From contig CP154954.1 of assembly GCA_039621445.1 (NCBI GenBank), forward strand, positions 33,457,455-33,521,454: a stretch of 64,000 nt of DNA, written 5' to 3'. How positions within the stretch are numbered: position 1 is the stretch's first letter; each line of letters starts with the position of its first letter. Both the position numbers and the translations under genes were made by a program. Under the pieces are notes generated by a model. It was not told the origin of the DNA and did not search any database. It saw only the letters and a list, made by a program, of their open reading frames with translations. This DNA is from Euglena gracilis. Its lineage: Eukaryota. Of the stretch, positions 1-12,770 are shown one piece after another.

Positions 1-3000
1 GATGAATTGATTCACCCCTTCCCAACCCACCCCACCCAAAGTAATTTGGTCAAATGGTTTTGAACTGATAACTGATAATTTTGATGTGATTCAATGCCTC
101 CATTCACTGAATAACAAAACATCAAAATTATTTGGGGGTTTACCAGTGTTGCAAACTGTAAACCAACGCGTGGAAGAACCAGCCAACAATGTCACACCCA
201 AAGCCTCCGAGGTTCGTGAGGATGTGCAGGGTAAGATATCTGCAGCACCAGCAACATACATCGACCGTGATAGAGGAGGATGGGAGGGTGGCAAAACAAG
301 TGCTCTGCTCTCACTGCACAATGAGGGAAGGAAATGCGGAGGAACACAAAGACTGTTGTACTGCCTGAGCTTCCACATTCATTGTTTGAATTGTTGAATG
401 TTGAATTTGTTTGATTTTTTGATATTTGACCGAGTATTCCCTTCAGGCTATTGCATTAAACTTGCCCCTTCCCAGGGTGAATGCACACGGAGGAGGAAAA
501 TGGTGTGACAGGCAGATGAAAGTACAAAGAGAGGAATTACATTTTTTAAAAGACCCCCCTCTCCCCCAGACCCAGATAATATCTTTGTGGGTGGAGGGTG
601 ACAACCTCAGAGGTGTAAAATGGCGACCTTTTGGGTATGAAATTTTGCGCCCAAAGGCTTCCGCACAATTTCCTCCTTAAACTCAAGAATACACATGGCA
701 TTTGGTCGCCTGCCAAAAACTTCCCGAAATACGCTGAAAAATACAATGCATATGCTTGGTGCTTCCCCATTCAGTCGTCCGAGTACAGTGTTGAACCAAG
801 GTGGAAGGATGCTGAAGGACAGTCTTGCTTTGGGCAGTCCAGGAGCAGGCTGTTTTCATTTCCAAAGAAACCAGCAATGACTTCTTGCCCTAAATAACAT
901 CCACTGCTGCCGCCGCCACCACCACCACCACCACCAACGCTTGCACATTGACGGACAAATGCAACTCACTTGGGTTTGGTGCCCCCCTCCCGAATGTTGC
1001 AGGTTGGAGTCCAAACCACCCACCTGACCCGACGTCAAACCGTAGAACGAGATTGGCAGAGGCAACATGAGGTGTTCCCCACAATAATCACAACTCATCC
1101 GAAACATCTCCTACAATTGCCATAGCGGGGTGCGGGTTTGGTGGGAGCCCACTGCAATGTCTTGCCCCAGTTTTTTCAGGGCTAGGTTGCTGGGGGGAAC
1201 TGCCCTTCAAGAGGAAACAGCCGGCTCACAAGGCCACAAGGTTGGTGGGAGGAGGGCAGTGCTGGAGGCAGCCTGGCCTGTCCAAAACACCAAACACCTC
1301 TTCCTCTGCGTTGATTGGTGGGTGTTTGCCCCTCCCTGTGTCTTTCTCTGTCCTCCCTTCTTTGAGGCGGAGGTTGCCAGGGGGGAGGGGGCAGGCGAGG
1401 CTGCAAATGGGACGATCGGACCGCAACAAAGAAGGGGGAGGGGGACATGAGGGGAACGCGCAAGCACAGGGCGGCGATTCCGACAGGGGCTGGAGGGCGG
1501 GGCCAGAGCTGATGCTCACTGGGCCCCGGTGGGTCGGTTCGGGGCAGAGGGTCGGCGGCTGGCACTGGATTCCGCAGCCAGAGGATCAAGGGGTGAATGA
1601 GGCACAAGGAAAGTTGACAAAATGGGTCTTGGAAAACCAGCAGACAAAATTCTAAATCGACCCGAGAACATTTGGGTGGGTTCCTTAAAAGGGGTTTGGA
1701 AAATTGGGCATCTTCATTAGAAGCAAAGAAAAATAAGTTTCAAATTGAGCCAACGACCGACCCTCAGAGCTGGAAAAATGTTAAACCAAAGGTCAACATG
1801 ATTTCCAACAAAATGCATGAAAAAATGGATATAAAAAACCACACCGAGTCAATATCCGAAGTCAAATTTTCATGTCACTGACGATTTTATGACTGTTCTG
1901 ATATCACATGCAAAAAAAAATAACATGCAGTTCAGGCCGGATCCTGAAAGTGGTGGAAAATTTGGTGGTTCCCTGAGATTGCACAGAAATATTCTGTCAA
2001 CTGCCCAACTCTGTCCAGGGACCAGCCTCACAACACACAACCAGAAGTCCAGGCAGGCCATCTGACGCACCGCCACACGACCCAGCAGCCGCTGTGGAGG
2101 TTGCCGTGCTGCCAGGAAGTCATTCGAACGGGAGACAGACGGAGTTGCTATGGGGCAGACAACACGTCAATCTTAGGCGGCGCTAACTGCCCACAATATT
2201 TTTGCGCGTTCTTTGACATTTTTTTTGGCTGTTTCTAAATCCCCGAAAGGGGTTTCCTGTTCACCCTTAACACATCCAGGTGGCTTGACATGTCTGACCG
2301 CTCTTTTTCAGCAGGCACAGTTCCTCCTAAAGACATTGCTCCTCCTCCACGGCTAACCATTTATTTCGTTTCTGCAAACCCCCTCTCCACCTCCACTCTT
2401 AATCCCCCAAAAATTTGTCCCAGGTCTATTTTTTTTGGATCCGTTGCTGAAAATCCACCAGGAAGGGTCTTACTTTGGGAGGTCCCTTCTTCTGGATTTT
2501 GCTGAAAATCGGCAGGGGGGGTATATTGGAGGGTGATCTTGCTTGTTTGGGGGGTTATACGCACAGCCAAGCCTCGGCGTTCAAGGTGGACAAATCAGCA
2601 GAGGGGCTCCTGAGCGGGTACTGTGTATCTTCTTTGGGCAAACACTTCCTAACAGCACTCTTCCTTTGAAAAGCAGAGAATTTTTTTCTGCAATTCTGAC
2701 AAAAAATGCCCAAAATTCCACTTGCTTTTCTGGCCCTTCCGTTCTCAGGCAATATTTTCCTGGCAACATGCCTCGGAAGTCATCGCCCACAATCCTTTTT
2801 TGGCCAAAAAATCTGGCTCAGGGCCTTACTAACGCGCTTGCCCCAAAAACTTTTCAGAAAGCGTTTGAGCAGATATCTGCCTCGGCTGTATCTGATTGTG
2901 TGTGAAACGTGTGTCTTTTGGGACTTTAAGACTGTTTGCAATGGGTGAAAATCTCCTGATTTTGTATGGGCGGGACATAGAGCAGTTGGCGTGGGGTTGG

Positions 3001-3108
3001 GCGGGGGCCAAGGAACGAAGTTGGCGGTTAACTGCAGAACCTGACAAACAAATCAATCAACAGGCGCCATTCCAGGCTGGTTCTCTCTCCGAAGGAGGGA
3101 ACAAAGAT

Positions 3109-3342
3109 AACCCCCCCCCTAATAGAAGCACGGGGCCGCTACAAGCGCAGGGTCCAAATAAAAGCGCACCCCCCGCCACCGAAGGCGGCGGTCCGCTACA
3201 AGCGCACCCCCCATTTTGATAGGATTTCTAAAGGAAATCAACAAAAATCGCGCAGGTAGGGTCCAAATAGAAGCGCACCTCCCGCCGCCAGGGGCGGCGG
3301 TCCCCTAAGCGCACCCGTGCTTCTATTAGGGGGGGGGGGTTT
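3109..3342. mobile_element. MITE-like repeat with an inverted copy at ~41778-41998
   Basis: TIR AACCCCCCCCCTAATAGAAGC / GCTTCTATTAGGGGGGG..GTT; internal GGGTCCAAATA(A/G)AAGCGCAC repeats shared by both copies. Confidence 0.7.
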
Positions 3343-4773
3343 ATGCGCAGTCAGCTGGCCTGTGGAAGGGTGGGGCACATCCACACATCCGCTTTTGCAA
3401 AAATGGCGGGCGTCCACGTCCACGTCCACAAATTGCCTGCGACCGGTGGAATAACCTCTCTCAGAACCCATCCAACGCCTGGAATTCTTCAGGATTCGGA
3501 GGATTCCTTTCGAAACTCCCCCGAAATTTTGTGAGTGCCATCACCAGTGCTGCTGTGTTTCGATTGATTTCCTACATTGTCCCTTTGGACCCTTATTTTG
3601 GACCACCACCATTGTTGGGAGGCCAAGAGGAGAACTCTGGGAGCTGCTTTCGTCCCTCTTGAGAAATCAACCTTTGTTTTTCGGCTGTTTTGGGAAAGCC
3701 TCTTCCGCACCGCACCCAGCCTCGGGCTGGGTTCGGTGGAGGTGCTGGCAACTGAGACAACTGAGCTTGGCAACATGTCCGCCGCATCAGAAGTGTTGTC
3801 CGCTCTTGCTCAATGCCTGGTGGGGTTACCAGAACGAAAAAAAAAAAAAAAAAAAAAAAACCAGATAACAACACCTTCACCTCGCACCTGAGAACATGTC
3901 CGCCGCATCAAGAGAGAGGTTGTCCGCCTCTTGCTCAAATGCCTGGTGGGGTTACCACAGCAGCCACAACTCCCATTCAACCTGTCCTGCCAAACATTCT
4001 AACTTCTTCCCACAGGGATACAAACCTCTCGGGACACCAGCAAACTCCATCCAGATTTCCGCCAACACCACGTCTTGGTGGAAACCTGCACAAGCAGGCG
4101 GAAACCCGCTTACAAGGTTTTGGGGATGGGGAAAATTGATTGTAGTGAACAAGCGTGACAGGTGGAGATAGGAACACACTGAAATCTCCAGAATTTGGTT
4201 GTAACCTGAAGTTGCAAGTGACAAGTTTGGGGGAAGGGAAGGGGATGGTTGTAAAAAAAAATTAGTGAATGGTCACAGTAGGCAGCTAGTTCAGGAGATC
4301 AAACTCTCAAACTGCATGCTGCTTCAGTTCGCGCTGGCAACAACCTTTTGAAATGTCCGAACCTGTGCCTCAGAATGGTGTAAATCACCTTCTATTCCCC
4401 CTGTCCTGGACAGCACCACAGGTTACCGTGCCTCACCCATCCCCTGGTTTCCTGGTTATGCCGTCGTCCTGGATTGCTAAATGATGAATTGTAATATGCA
4501 TGCCTAGCACAGTGTGGGCCCAGGAGGAGGGGGAATGCATGGATTCTCATAAAACAATCAGGACTCCTGGGGCAAGCACATGCACCACATAAATATGCAC
4601 AGAGCCACCTCTCCTTTAGACAAATAGGCACCCAACCCATTTTTAATGGTGTTCCCCATTGAATCCCCTCCATAAAGGCAGCATCTCTTTGGAAAGAAAA
4701 GATTCAGGCAGATTACCACCTGACACACCACTTCCTCATATTATAGGCTCCGCTCCTCTTGGCAGAGTTGCGT

Positions 4774-4977
4774 GTTTCCCTCCCCAATCACTGGTACTTC
4801 AGACTCACAAGAGGTCCAAAATTCGGCGAGTTGCTTAGGCGTTTCCTTCCACAATCACTGGTACTTCAGACTCACAAGAGGTCCAAAATTCGGCGAGTTG
4901 CTTAGGCGTTTCCTTCCCCAATCACTGGTACTTCAGACTCACAAGAGGTCCAAAATTCGGCGAGTTGCTTAGGTGTT
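4774..4977. repeat. 67-bp tandem repeat, 3 copies
   Basis: CAATCACTGGTACTTCAGACTCACAAGAGG at 4785, 4852 and 4919. Confidence 0.95.
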
Positions 4978-5289
4978 CTCCCCCGGAAATTTTCTGTATT
5001 TCAAAATTTCAGTTGGCTCCAAGGGGGTAATTCCCAAACCCCCCTAAAACGACCGGTAAATTTCCAAATTCAACATTTCAGAAATATACAAGGCGTGTGA
5101 CCCCCCAAAACTTTCCAGGGAAAATTCCGATACAAGTAAATAGAAACCCACGTTTTACAACCGCCCCAAAAATGACGATCATTTTGGGCAATAAGCGCCG
5201 TCTAAGTTAATAGGGGAGGGTGCATCATGGGAATGGGAATGGGGATGAGGGTAACAGTTTAGGCAGCGAGGGCGGGGCTCTCAGAGAGC

Positions 5290-8200
5290 TGGTTCCGGAC
5301 CTCTCCTTGGGGTGTCCCAGTCCCCCACCCAGCGTCTCCAGCTGCAGCCCAGCTTGCCAGCCCCTCTTTGGAGGACCAGCCGACAGGTTTTCGGTGCACA
5401 GCACCCAAATCTTCAGAAAACTGGTCAAAAAATGTTGTCTAAATGGCCATCTGGAGGTTTTCGGGGGATTTTCGGTGCCGGAACATGGTTCTTGAAAGAC
5501 ATCATTTTAGTTGCCTTTTTGGGGGGGCAGTAACCAGCAGCAGCCCCCCATGGGGTTGCTGCTGCGACTGGCCTGGCCCAAATTGGGCGAGGTGCACAGC
5601 CACCCCAGAGGGGGGGCTGCAACTCCAAACAGAGGGAAATGATGGGCGAAGGAGAGGCCCGGGCGGTCCGCCGGAGGGAGGAACTTGTAGGCGCGGCCCG
5701 GGCGGGGGCCGCTGCGCTTCGGGGAGCTGGCCGGGTGGCGGGGCTGGCGGGGCGGGCCCCGGCAGAGCTGGCCGGGACCGCCCAGGGGAGGGTGGGGGGG
5801 TCTGCTTTTAGCCCAAGGGCTGCCCAAGAGCTGGACCGGGTATCGAACGTGGTTGAAATTAAAAGTTGATAAACACGTTTTTGGACGTTTTGGCTGGTTG
5901 GCGATGGTCCAAGGACGGCAGAAAGCATTTTTTTTCCTGATGTGGACCTGTTCTTGCGGAAAAAAGTCCACTTTTTCCGCTCCTGTGGGGGTTTTGGGTT
6001 TCCCGCTCAGCCCTGGGCATGGGGTGTGGCCGGCAACCGCCTCGCCCTCCGCCGCCTCCGCCTTGGCGTCGTCCTCTGGCAGGGCGGTGGCGACGGCCGC
6101 AAAGCCGTCACACTTGGGGGGCGCACAAGGGCAGGCTGTCGGTCAGAGACTGCAGCGGGGAACCCATCGCCCGGACGCGGTGACAGATGGAAGCGAGACA
6201 GGAATGTTGGGATGGGCAGTAATACAAGTCCAGGATCCGGCTCTCTTTTTGGGGGTTGCTGCAAGCCTAAAACGTACATGAGAAATCTTTTGTGAAGGGT
6301 GTGATTTTGTTGATAGAAACCTGACGCTCGATGATTTTTGATTTTGGCTCTAATTCTTGAGTAGCTTCGGAGTGAAAGCACATCCAAAAAGGTAAATATG
6401 CCAGCCTCAAAAAAACAAAAAAAATTAATTGTCCAGCTACCCTTTGGGAGCCAGGAATGAATCGGGGGCAGAGCGGTCCTTCAGCAAACAAAAAAGAAAC
6501 TCTGCTGTTGCAGCACATTGATTAAAAATACGCAGGAAAAATGGGCGAAAAATTCGACATTTTTCCACAAGAGCAGGTGGACATCAGGAAAAAAATGAGT
6601 CCTGGCATCCTGGCATTCAGCAAAAAATGTACTTATGGACTATCAAAAAATGTAGTTAACGACCTTTTAATTTCGACCATGTTCGAGTCCTGGTCTGACT
6701 TTTGGGCGGCCCTTGGGTCAAAATCGGTCCTTAACGGGGAAAAGCAAAAATCCTGTCCCTTATGGAGGGCCCTGATGGGGGGGGGGAAGCTGCACCCTCT
6801 GGGGAGTGGGGTACCTTCCTGGCTCAAGCAACGCCCCGTTTCCTCCAACCATGTATTCAGTAGCATCTCGAACGTATTTGTTACCTGCCACCAACAAGCA
6901 AGGTGCTGCTGAAGACAGCCTGTTTGAGGCCGCAGAGTGCTGGGCCTTTGTGGAATCAAAGCCCCACGTTCCCAACAAAATTCCTCTGCGAAGGGCGAAA
7001 GAAGCCCGACCCTCCAAATATGTTATGGATCACCCTCTTGATCAGAAGACTTGACGTGAAGGAAGACTTGATGACGTGACTTGACTTGCCTTGAAGTTTG
7101 AAGGCGTTGGACAAAAATAAGTGATACCCAATGACCCAAGCAGGAAGGTCTTAGATTTAAAATATGGTCGAGTGCCAGACAAGCAATTGATCACTGATTT
7201 GTTGCTTGAAAAAAGACTGGCCATTGACAAATGTGTCGGTCTGGGTTCATCGGTCTGGGTTTCAAGTCATGTAAAAATGCTGCTCTCCTGGGCCGCTTCT
7301 CCCATCCCCCCCTTTGAGGCGGGACTGGATGCTGACATGGTGGGGGCCCTGGCCGTCCAGTCCCCGAGGCGGGGGAGGACGCAGAGCGCCCGGCGGCGGG
7401 GGTCGGGCCCAGTCAGAATTTGACTTACTATAGAGGGGGGGTTTGGGGTGCCCTGCAGTGCCTAGGAAGGCAGACACTACCTCCCCCCCCCAGGTGGTCG
7501 GTGCATCAAAAATTGCCCAAATTGGGCTACTCTGGACTTCCAGCGCCGGAGTGCTTTTGGCCGAGTGTCCAGTCACTTTTGGTCATATCCCCGGGGGGGC
7601 GGTCGGATCTGGGCACCTTGGGGTGGTACTTAAACAAAAAAAAGTCCTGTTAAAAAATCGAAACCCACATTTCTTGATGTTTTGGGTGAATGGATGATGG
7701 TCCAAGGATGCCAAGTCGACCCATTTCCATTTTCACCAAAATACGTCCATTTCTTTTGGTCATTTTTTTTCCTGCGGGTTTTTTTTAATTGAACGTGAGT
7801 TTTCAACCCTGTTCAATCCCCAGATTGGCTGTTGGCCAACACTTAGGCCTTAGGGGAGGACCTTAAGGGGCGGGGGTGGTGAGAAAAAAATAATCCTTTC
7901 CTTCCCCCCGAGGGGTCGGCCTCACCCTGAAATTCTGCCTGGTCGGGCTGGTCGGGGCGGCTGGCGACGGTGGCGGTGATGAGCTCCGGCAGGGCCGGGC
8001 AGTGGGAGAGGCCGTCGGGGGTGGGCTCCTGGCGGCGCGGCGGCGCGGCACCGGGTTCCCCCCTCGCCGAGGAAGAAACCCACTTTGGCTGTGTTGTGTG
8101 TGTGCTGGCGTCAGCCTTTCCTCGGGAGTGCATCAAAATTGGTCCCCCCCCGAGTCTGATGAAGACAAAAATGACAACGGTCCTCCAATGGCGCAATGGG

Positions 8201-9422
8201 TCATTTCCAAAATCCCAAAATGACATTTCCAAAAGGTATAAGACCTTCAAGACCCTGTCCAATTGAGACCACTTCAAAAGGCCCAATGCCTTTTGCAGTT
8301 GTGGCACTGGTCCCAGGGGGCGGGGCGAAGTTCACACCGCCGCCGCTGTCATTGGCTGTGCGGTGACCTGACCTCAAAACCACGCCGGCGAACGGCGGTC
8401 GCCGCCTTCCAACTGCCCGGCGCGGCGGACGGGCCGCCCGGCACCGCCGCGGACGGCCGGCGGCAAAGGCGTACGCCTCGGAGGACTTGCCGGCCAGCAG
8501 CGCCATGAGGCGGGCGGCCCGCAGGCTGGCGCCGACACCCCCGGCAGGCGGGCGCTGCGGAAGGACTTGAGCCGTCCCCTCCCCCTCCCCAACCCTCTTG
8601 CCGGGTTGGATGTCCCCACAAAAGGGACTGGCAGGTGGGCTTTTGCAAATGGATTTTGCCCTAATTCGTAGCTCTCATTCGTAGGTGTGTCTTGCGGTGA
8701 TTCGTCTGTAAGTTCCCAGGTCACGAGAACTTGCAATATCTCCCCTCGCCAAAGCAATGCCAAACCACACGAGGTGAATACTGGCACTGTGGCATTAACC
8801 TCAAATTTGGCCAGATTTTGCAAAAAAACTCTTTGAAAAAGGCTGTTGTCACCCAACAAAATTTTTTTTAAGCCAGTGAATAACCACTGACATTCAGGCG
8901 GGAAGAAACGTTAATAAGATACCCTGAGGCCAAATTTAACAAAAGACACTGGCGTGTCACAATGGTTCGTATGGGACGCACAGGATATCGCCGACACATT
9001 TTGGGGAAAGACTGCCATCTGGAACCCTTGAACCATGGGCCATCCCCACAACATCAAACGTCAAAGTCAGGGTTTTCGAATTTTCTCTCTTTTCGACCCC
9101 ATTCGATCCACGGACTGGCCTCAGCCGCCCTTTGGCCGGGGTTAAACAGGGGTACCCAAACAGAAGCTCCCTCCCCTCAGATTTTCCGCAGTGCGACCAA
9201 ATAGCACTGCCAGACCGGGGTCCGCCCCCGTCTTAGGTTAGGGCCGGCCCGGGTGGAGGACTGGCGCGCGGGCGGGGCGGGGGTGTGGGCCGGGGCGGCG
9301 GCCCGCGGGGGCGGGCGGGGGCCCTTGGGCTTGGTGGGGCGGATCGGGCGCTGGAGGAGGTCGGCCAGCAGCGGCGGGTGGCAGAGGAAGTCCAGCTCGG
9401 GGCCGGCGTTGGCGACGGTCAT
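5290..9422 (-). CDS. Hypothetical multi-exon protein; probably extends further toward ~1.1 kb
   Basis: ATG at 9422 follows a pyrimidine tract and AG at 9445-9446. GC3-rich exons: 9422-~9250 (MTVANAGPELDFLCHPPLLADLLQRP..), ~8555-8455, 8030-7939, ~7338-7310, possibly ~6985-6885, ~6149-6031, ~5780-5650, ~5400-5290. Further exon-like patches near 2560-2640 and 1140-1580. No recognisable domain; one or two homopolymer frameshifts are needed. Confidence 0.5.
6469..6774. mobile_element. Older copy of the 47535 MITE family
   Basis: atcggggg|CAGAGCGGTCCTTCAG...CTTATGGAGGGCCCTG|atgggggg (TSD 7/8); 306 bp; internal similarity to 47535-47839. Confidence 0.78.
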
Positions 9423-11361
9423 TGTGTTGGGGCGGGCGGACAAACTGCCGGGGCGGGGGGGGGGTGGGGGGAAAGAACAATGAGACGGTTTGGGGCGCGG
9501 CCGCTGGCGGCGCGGAGGAATTGCTTCTGCAGAGGACCCCAGAGGCTCCAAAGATGAAGCCTGCGTCAATGCGCAGAAAGAGTTGGCAGGCATGCCAAGT
9601 TTGGTGAACACTCTCAGGGAAAAAATGCGAAGGTTGAAGAAATGTTGGAACAAAAAGGAGAAAAAATTGGGGTTGGGGATATTTGTGATTTTGGAGTTGA
9701 ATATTCTTTCCGACCTCGTGCAGCAAAATTGCAATTTTACAAAAATTGCTGTGCTCAACAAAGACGTCAATATGCCAGCGATATGTCGACGTTCCACACC
9801 CTTGCCAAAGAACACTTTTGAGCTAAATTCTTGGGAAGAAAATGAGTTGAAATATTTCATTTTCACTGTTACATTCCGGGGCTCATTGGAACGCCATCAG
9901 CAAACTGGGATGCCAGTTGACGATTAGATTTGCATCAATGAAAAAAAGAATTGGACCTTCAATCATTTTCGGGTGTGCTACGCAACTACCATCCCTAAAC
10001 CAACCTTCTGTGGGGGGGTCGGCATGCCTCATCCTTCCCGGGGGGGGGGTGCAGCCTTCACCAATAACACAAAATATATGCTTGGCACGGAGGCAATAGC
10101 CTTGATTCTCCTGGCTGACATCGAAGCTTTCCCAAGCGAGCAAAAAAGCCAAACCATGACCCGGGACAGCATGAAGGGGTGCGTCTGAACTCCACACAAG
10201 GCAACGCCAGTGAATACAAATAATACATTTCCCCGGGTTGGGCGTCCGATGCGAGTGCCACGTCCATGCCGGGTGAGCTCGGGAGGCTGGGGATACGTGG
10301 CAAAGCGCGCTGGGATTGGTGCTTTGCCATCCAATATGAATCCCAGGAACACCGAGAGGGATTTAAATCACCCTCACCAATTAAATTACCCTCACCAATG
10401 TAATGTAATGTGAAATTATAATTGTGATGCAATGTATTAATGTTATAATACAATGCAATACAATGCAATGCAATGCAATATACGTATGTAATGTAATTTT
10501 GATGCAATATGTAATGTAATGTGATGTAATACAAAGAATCGAGGAGGTCACTCATCTTCAGTCACTCGAGGGTGTGAAAGCAAGCTGATTTGACAGCAGA
10601 AGAAAGGTTCATTCTCAAAAAGATTTATCTTTTGGGATGGAGGTTGTCTATTGACCCCTCCCAGGGGTTTGAGGGGCACCTCCTGCCGCACCATCGCACA
10701 CACACAGTGACCGAAGGATACTTACAGCACGTTGGCATGGCGATTTGTACACCGGCGTATAGGGCAATGGGTACGATCACAGGGTTGGGCATGTGGATGG
10801 GCTTGGGGGGGGACTTGTCCAGGGAAAGCAGGCCAATGCTGCTTTTCGGGGCCTGCCCCCTCTCGGTGCGGCTGGTGGGTGCCATCCCCAGGTCCCAAGT
10901 CCTGCCAAGCCCTGGAGTGGACCATGTGGGACGGGCAGCCCAGGAGGACCCCAGCGGCGCCCCCTGGTGTAGCCCCAGGAATGCAGGGGTGGGCCAGCTG
11001 ATGCCAATACAGGGAGGGAGGGTGGGGAGGCTCAGGCGGCGAGGCAGCCGCAGAGGGCAGTGGGGTGCCCTTGGATTGGGGGGGGGGGCATTGGGGACTT
11101 GGACCGTCGGGGGTGGTCCACGCTGCAAAAAAAAGGCCAAGGGCAGAAACAGCGCCAGGTGAGACGAGGAATAAAACACCGCACGGGGCACACGAGAGGG
11201 GTTGCCATCCTGCCGTTGGTGCGGCTTTCCCCACATCCGGAAAGGGGCGCCCCTGTGGCGGTGGGAGGAAAGGAGGGGAGGAGGAGGGCACACGCCTTGC
11301 CGGGGGCGGGAGGGGGGGGGGGCGGTCAGGGGGGAGCCGGGAGGCAGGTGCGCGACGTCGG

Positions 11362-12617
11362 TCAGCTGTCCGCCGCCTTGGCCCCGGCGCTCACCAACCG
11401 ACGCCGCAGGGCGGCGGACAGCGCCGTGCCGTCGGACAGCAGGCAACTGTGGGCCGAGGCCCCCGTCGGACCCCAAGAAACGTTTGCCCTGGAGGAAAAG
11501 GGAATCTCCGAACCCAGACATGCACATCGCATAACACGAGAACTTGGGAGTGTGTGCGGGAAAAAATCTCGCAATTTTGGCGGGGAAATTTTTCGCGTCC
11601 TTCCCACCACTAATTTTGCTGAATATAATTTTCCTTCTTTCAAAGAGCATTTTTGGTGCATTTCGTTTTAGTGAATTTTTATGACCATCTTCAGATTCCT
11701 GGCCAAGGTATTTCCCCAATGAAATGAACGAAAGCCTCGCTGGGCAAATATCTGTGCGTCGTCACGCTCGTCCATCTGACGCCACACATCGCACATCCCT
11801 GTGGGCGGGAGAAGAAGCTGGGCGAAGTGGGGAATGGCTGGGGCAGGAGCCTTGCGAGCCTTGGGAAGCCATAATATTTGCTTGCAGAGCTTAGATACAC
11901 CATTTTGGAAACCAATCAAACGCTTCCAACCACCAGAAGCCCATCCGCTGATGACCGGTATTTTTTCAGAGTGACTAACTGGTTTCTTGAGCTCCGACCC
12001 GCCAGCGGGGGGGGGGGGTCGGTGACGGATCACTGAAAACGATTCATCCTGCGACGAAAGCGCCAGACAACAGGAAATCCATTCATTTTAGGCCATTTTC
12101 AGACGGATAGCTGGAGTGACCCCCCCACATAGGAATGCTAGGATGATGCTTTTGATGTCACTCTAATCAGCATTTCAGAGGAGGCTGGAAAAAGGAAATA
12201 CGAAACACGAGCCTGCCCATCATTTATGAAGGGAACCCTGCAGGTTAACGGTCAGAAAAAAAAACACAATCACACACATTACATTTTGCAATGAAAATTT
12301 TTGACAACCCGAGAAAAAATTTTTGAGGTCACAAGTGGCCTGAGAAAAGACTTGATATAAAATCACAATTACAAGTTTCCTGAAATAAAAAGTCCCAAAA
12401 ATTGAAACTTCCCAAAAATTTGCCCCATTTTTTTCGTAATTATAACTTCTGCAAACTTTTGTTTGATTGTATTCACAGAACACACAACACACAACACAAC
12501 AGCAGCACCAGCAGCAGCAGCAGCAACACACGTGCACACATAGACACACACACACACACCCGCACACACACACACACACGCGCGCGCGCACACACGCACA
12601 CGAACACATCGCACACA

Positions 12618-12649
<32 letters not shown>

Positions 12650-12677
12650 CTCGCACACACGCACGCGCGCACACGCG

Positions 12678-12770
<93 letters not shown>

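Noticed and set aside
2415-2440. Euglenid spliced-leader remnant (GTCTATTTTTTTT)
   Set aside because: Only a short low-complexity match; the rest of the leader is absent.
6110-6125. Pseudogenising frameshift in the hypothetical gene
   Set aside because: It falls in a G/C homopolymer, so a sequencing indel is as likely; this cannot be decided without reads.
10625-11719. 364-aa ORF and other long unspliced ORFs (16099-17088, 25032-26114, 44684-45850)
   Set aside because: GC-rich chance ORFs running through introns and repeats, or antisense to true exons; no coherent domain.
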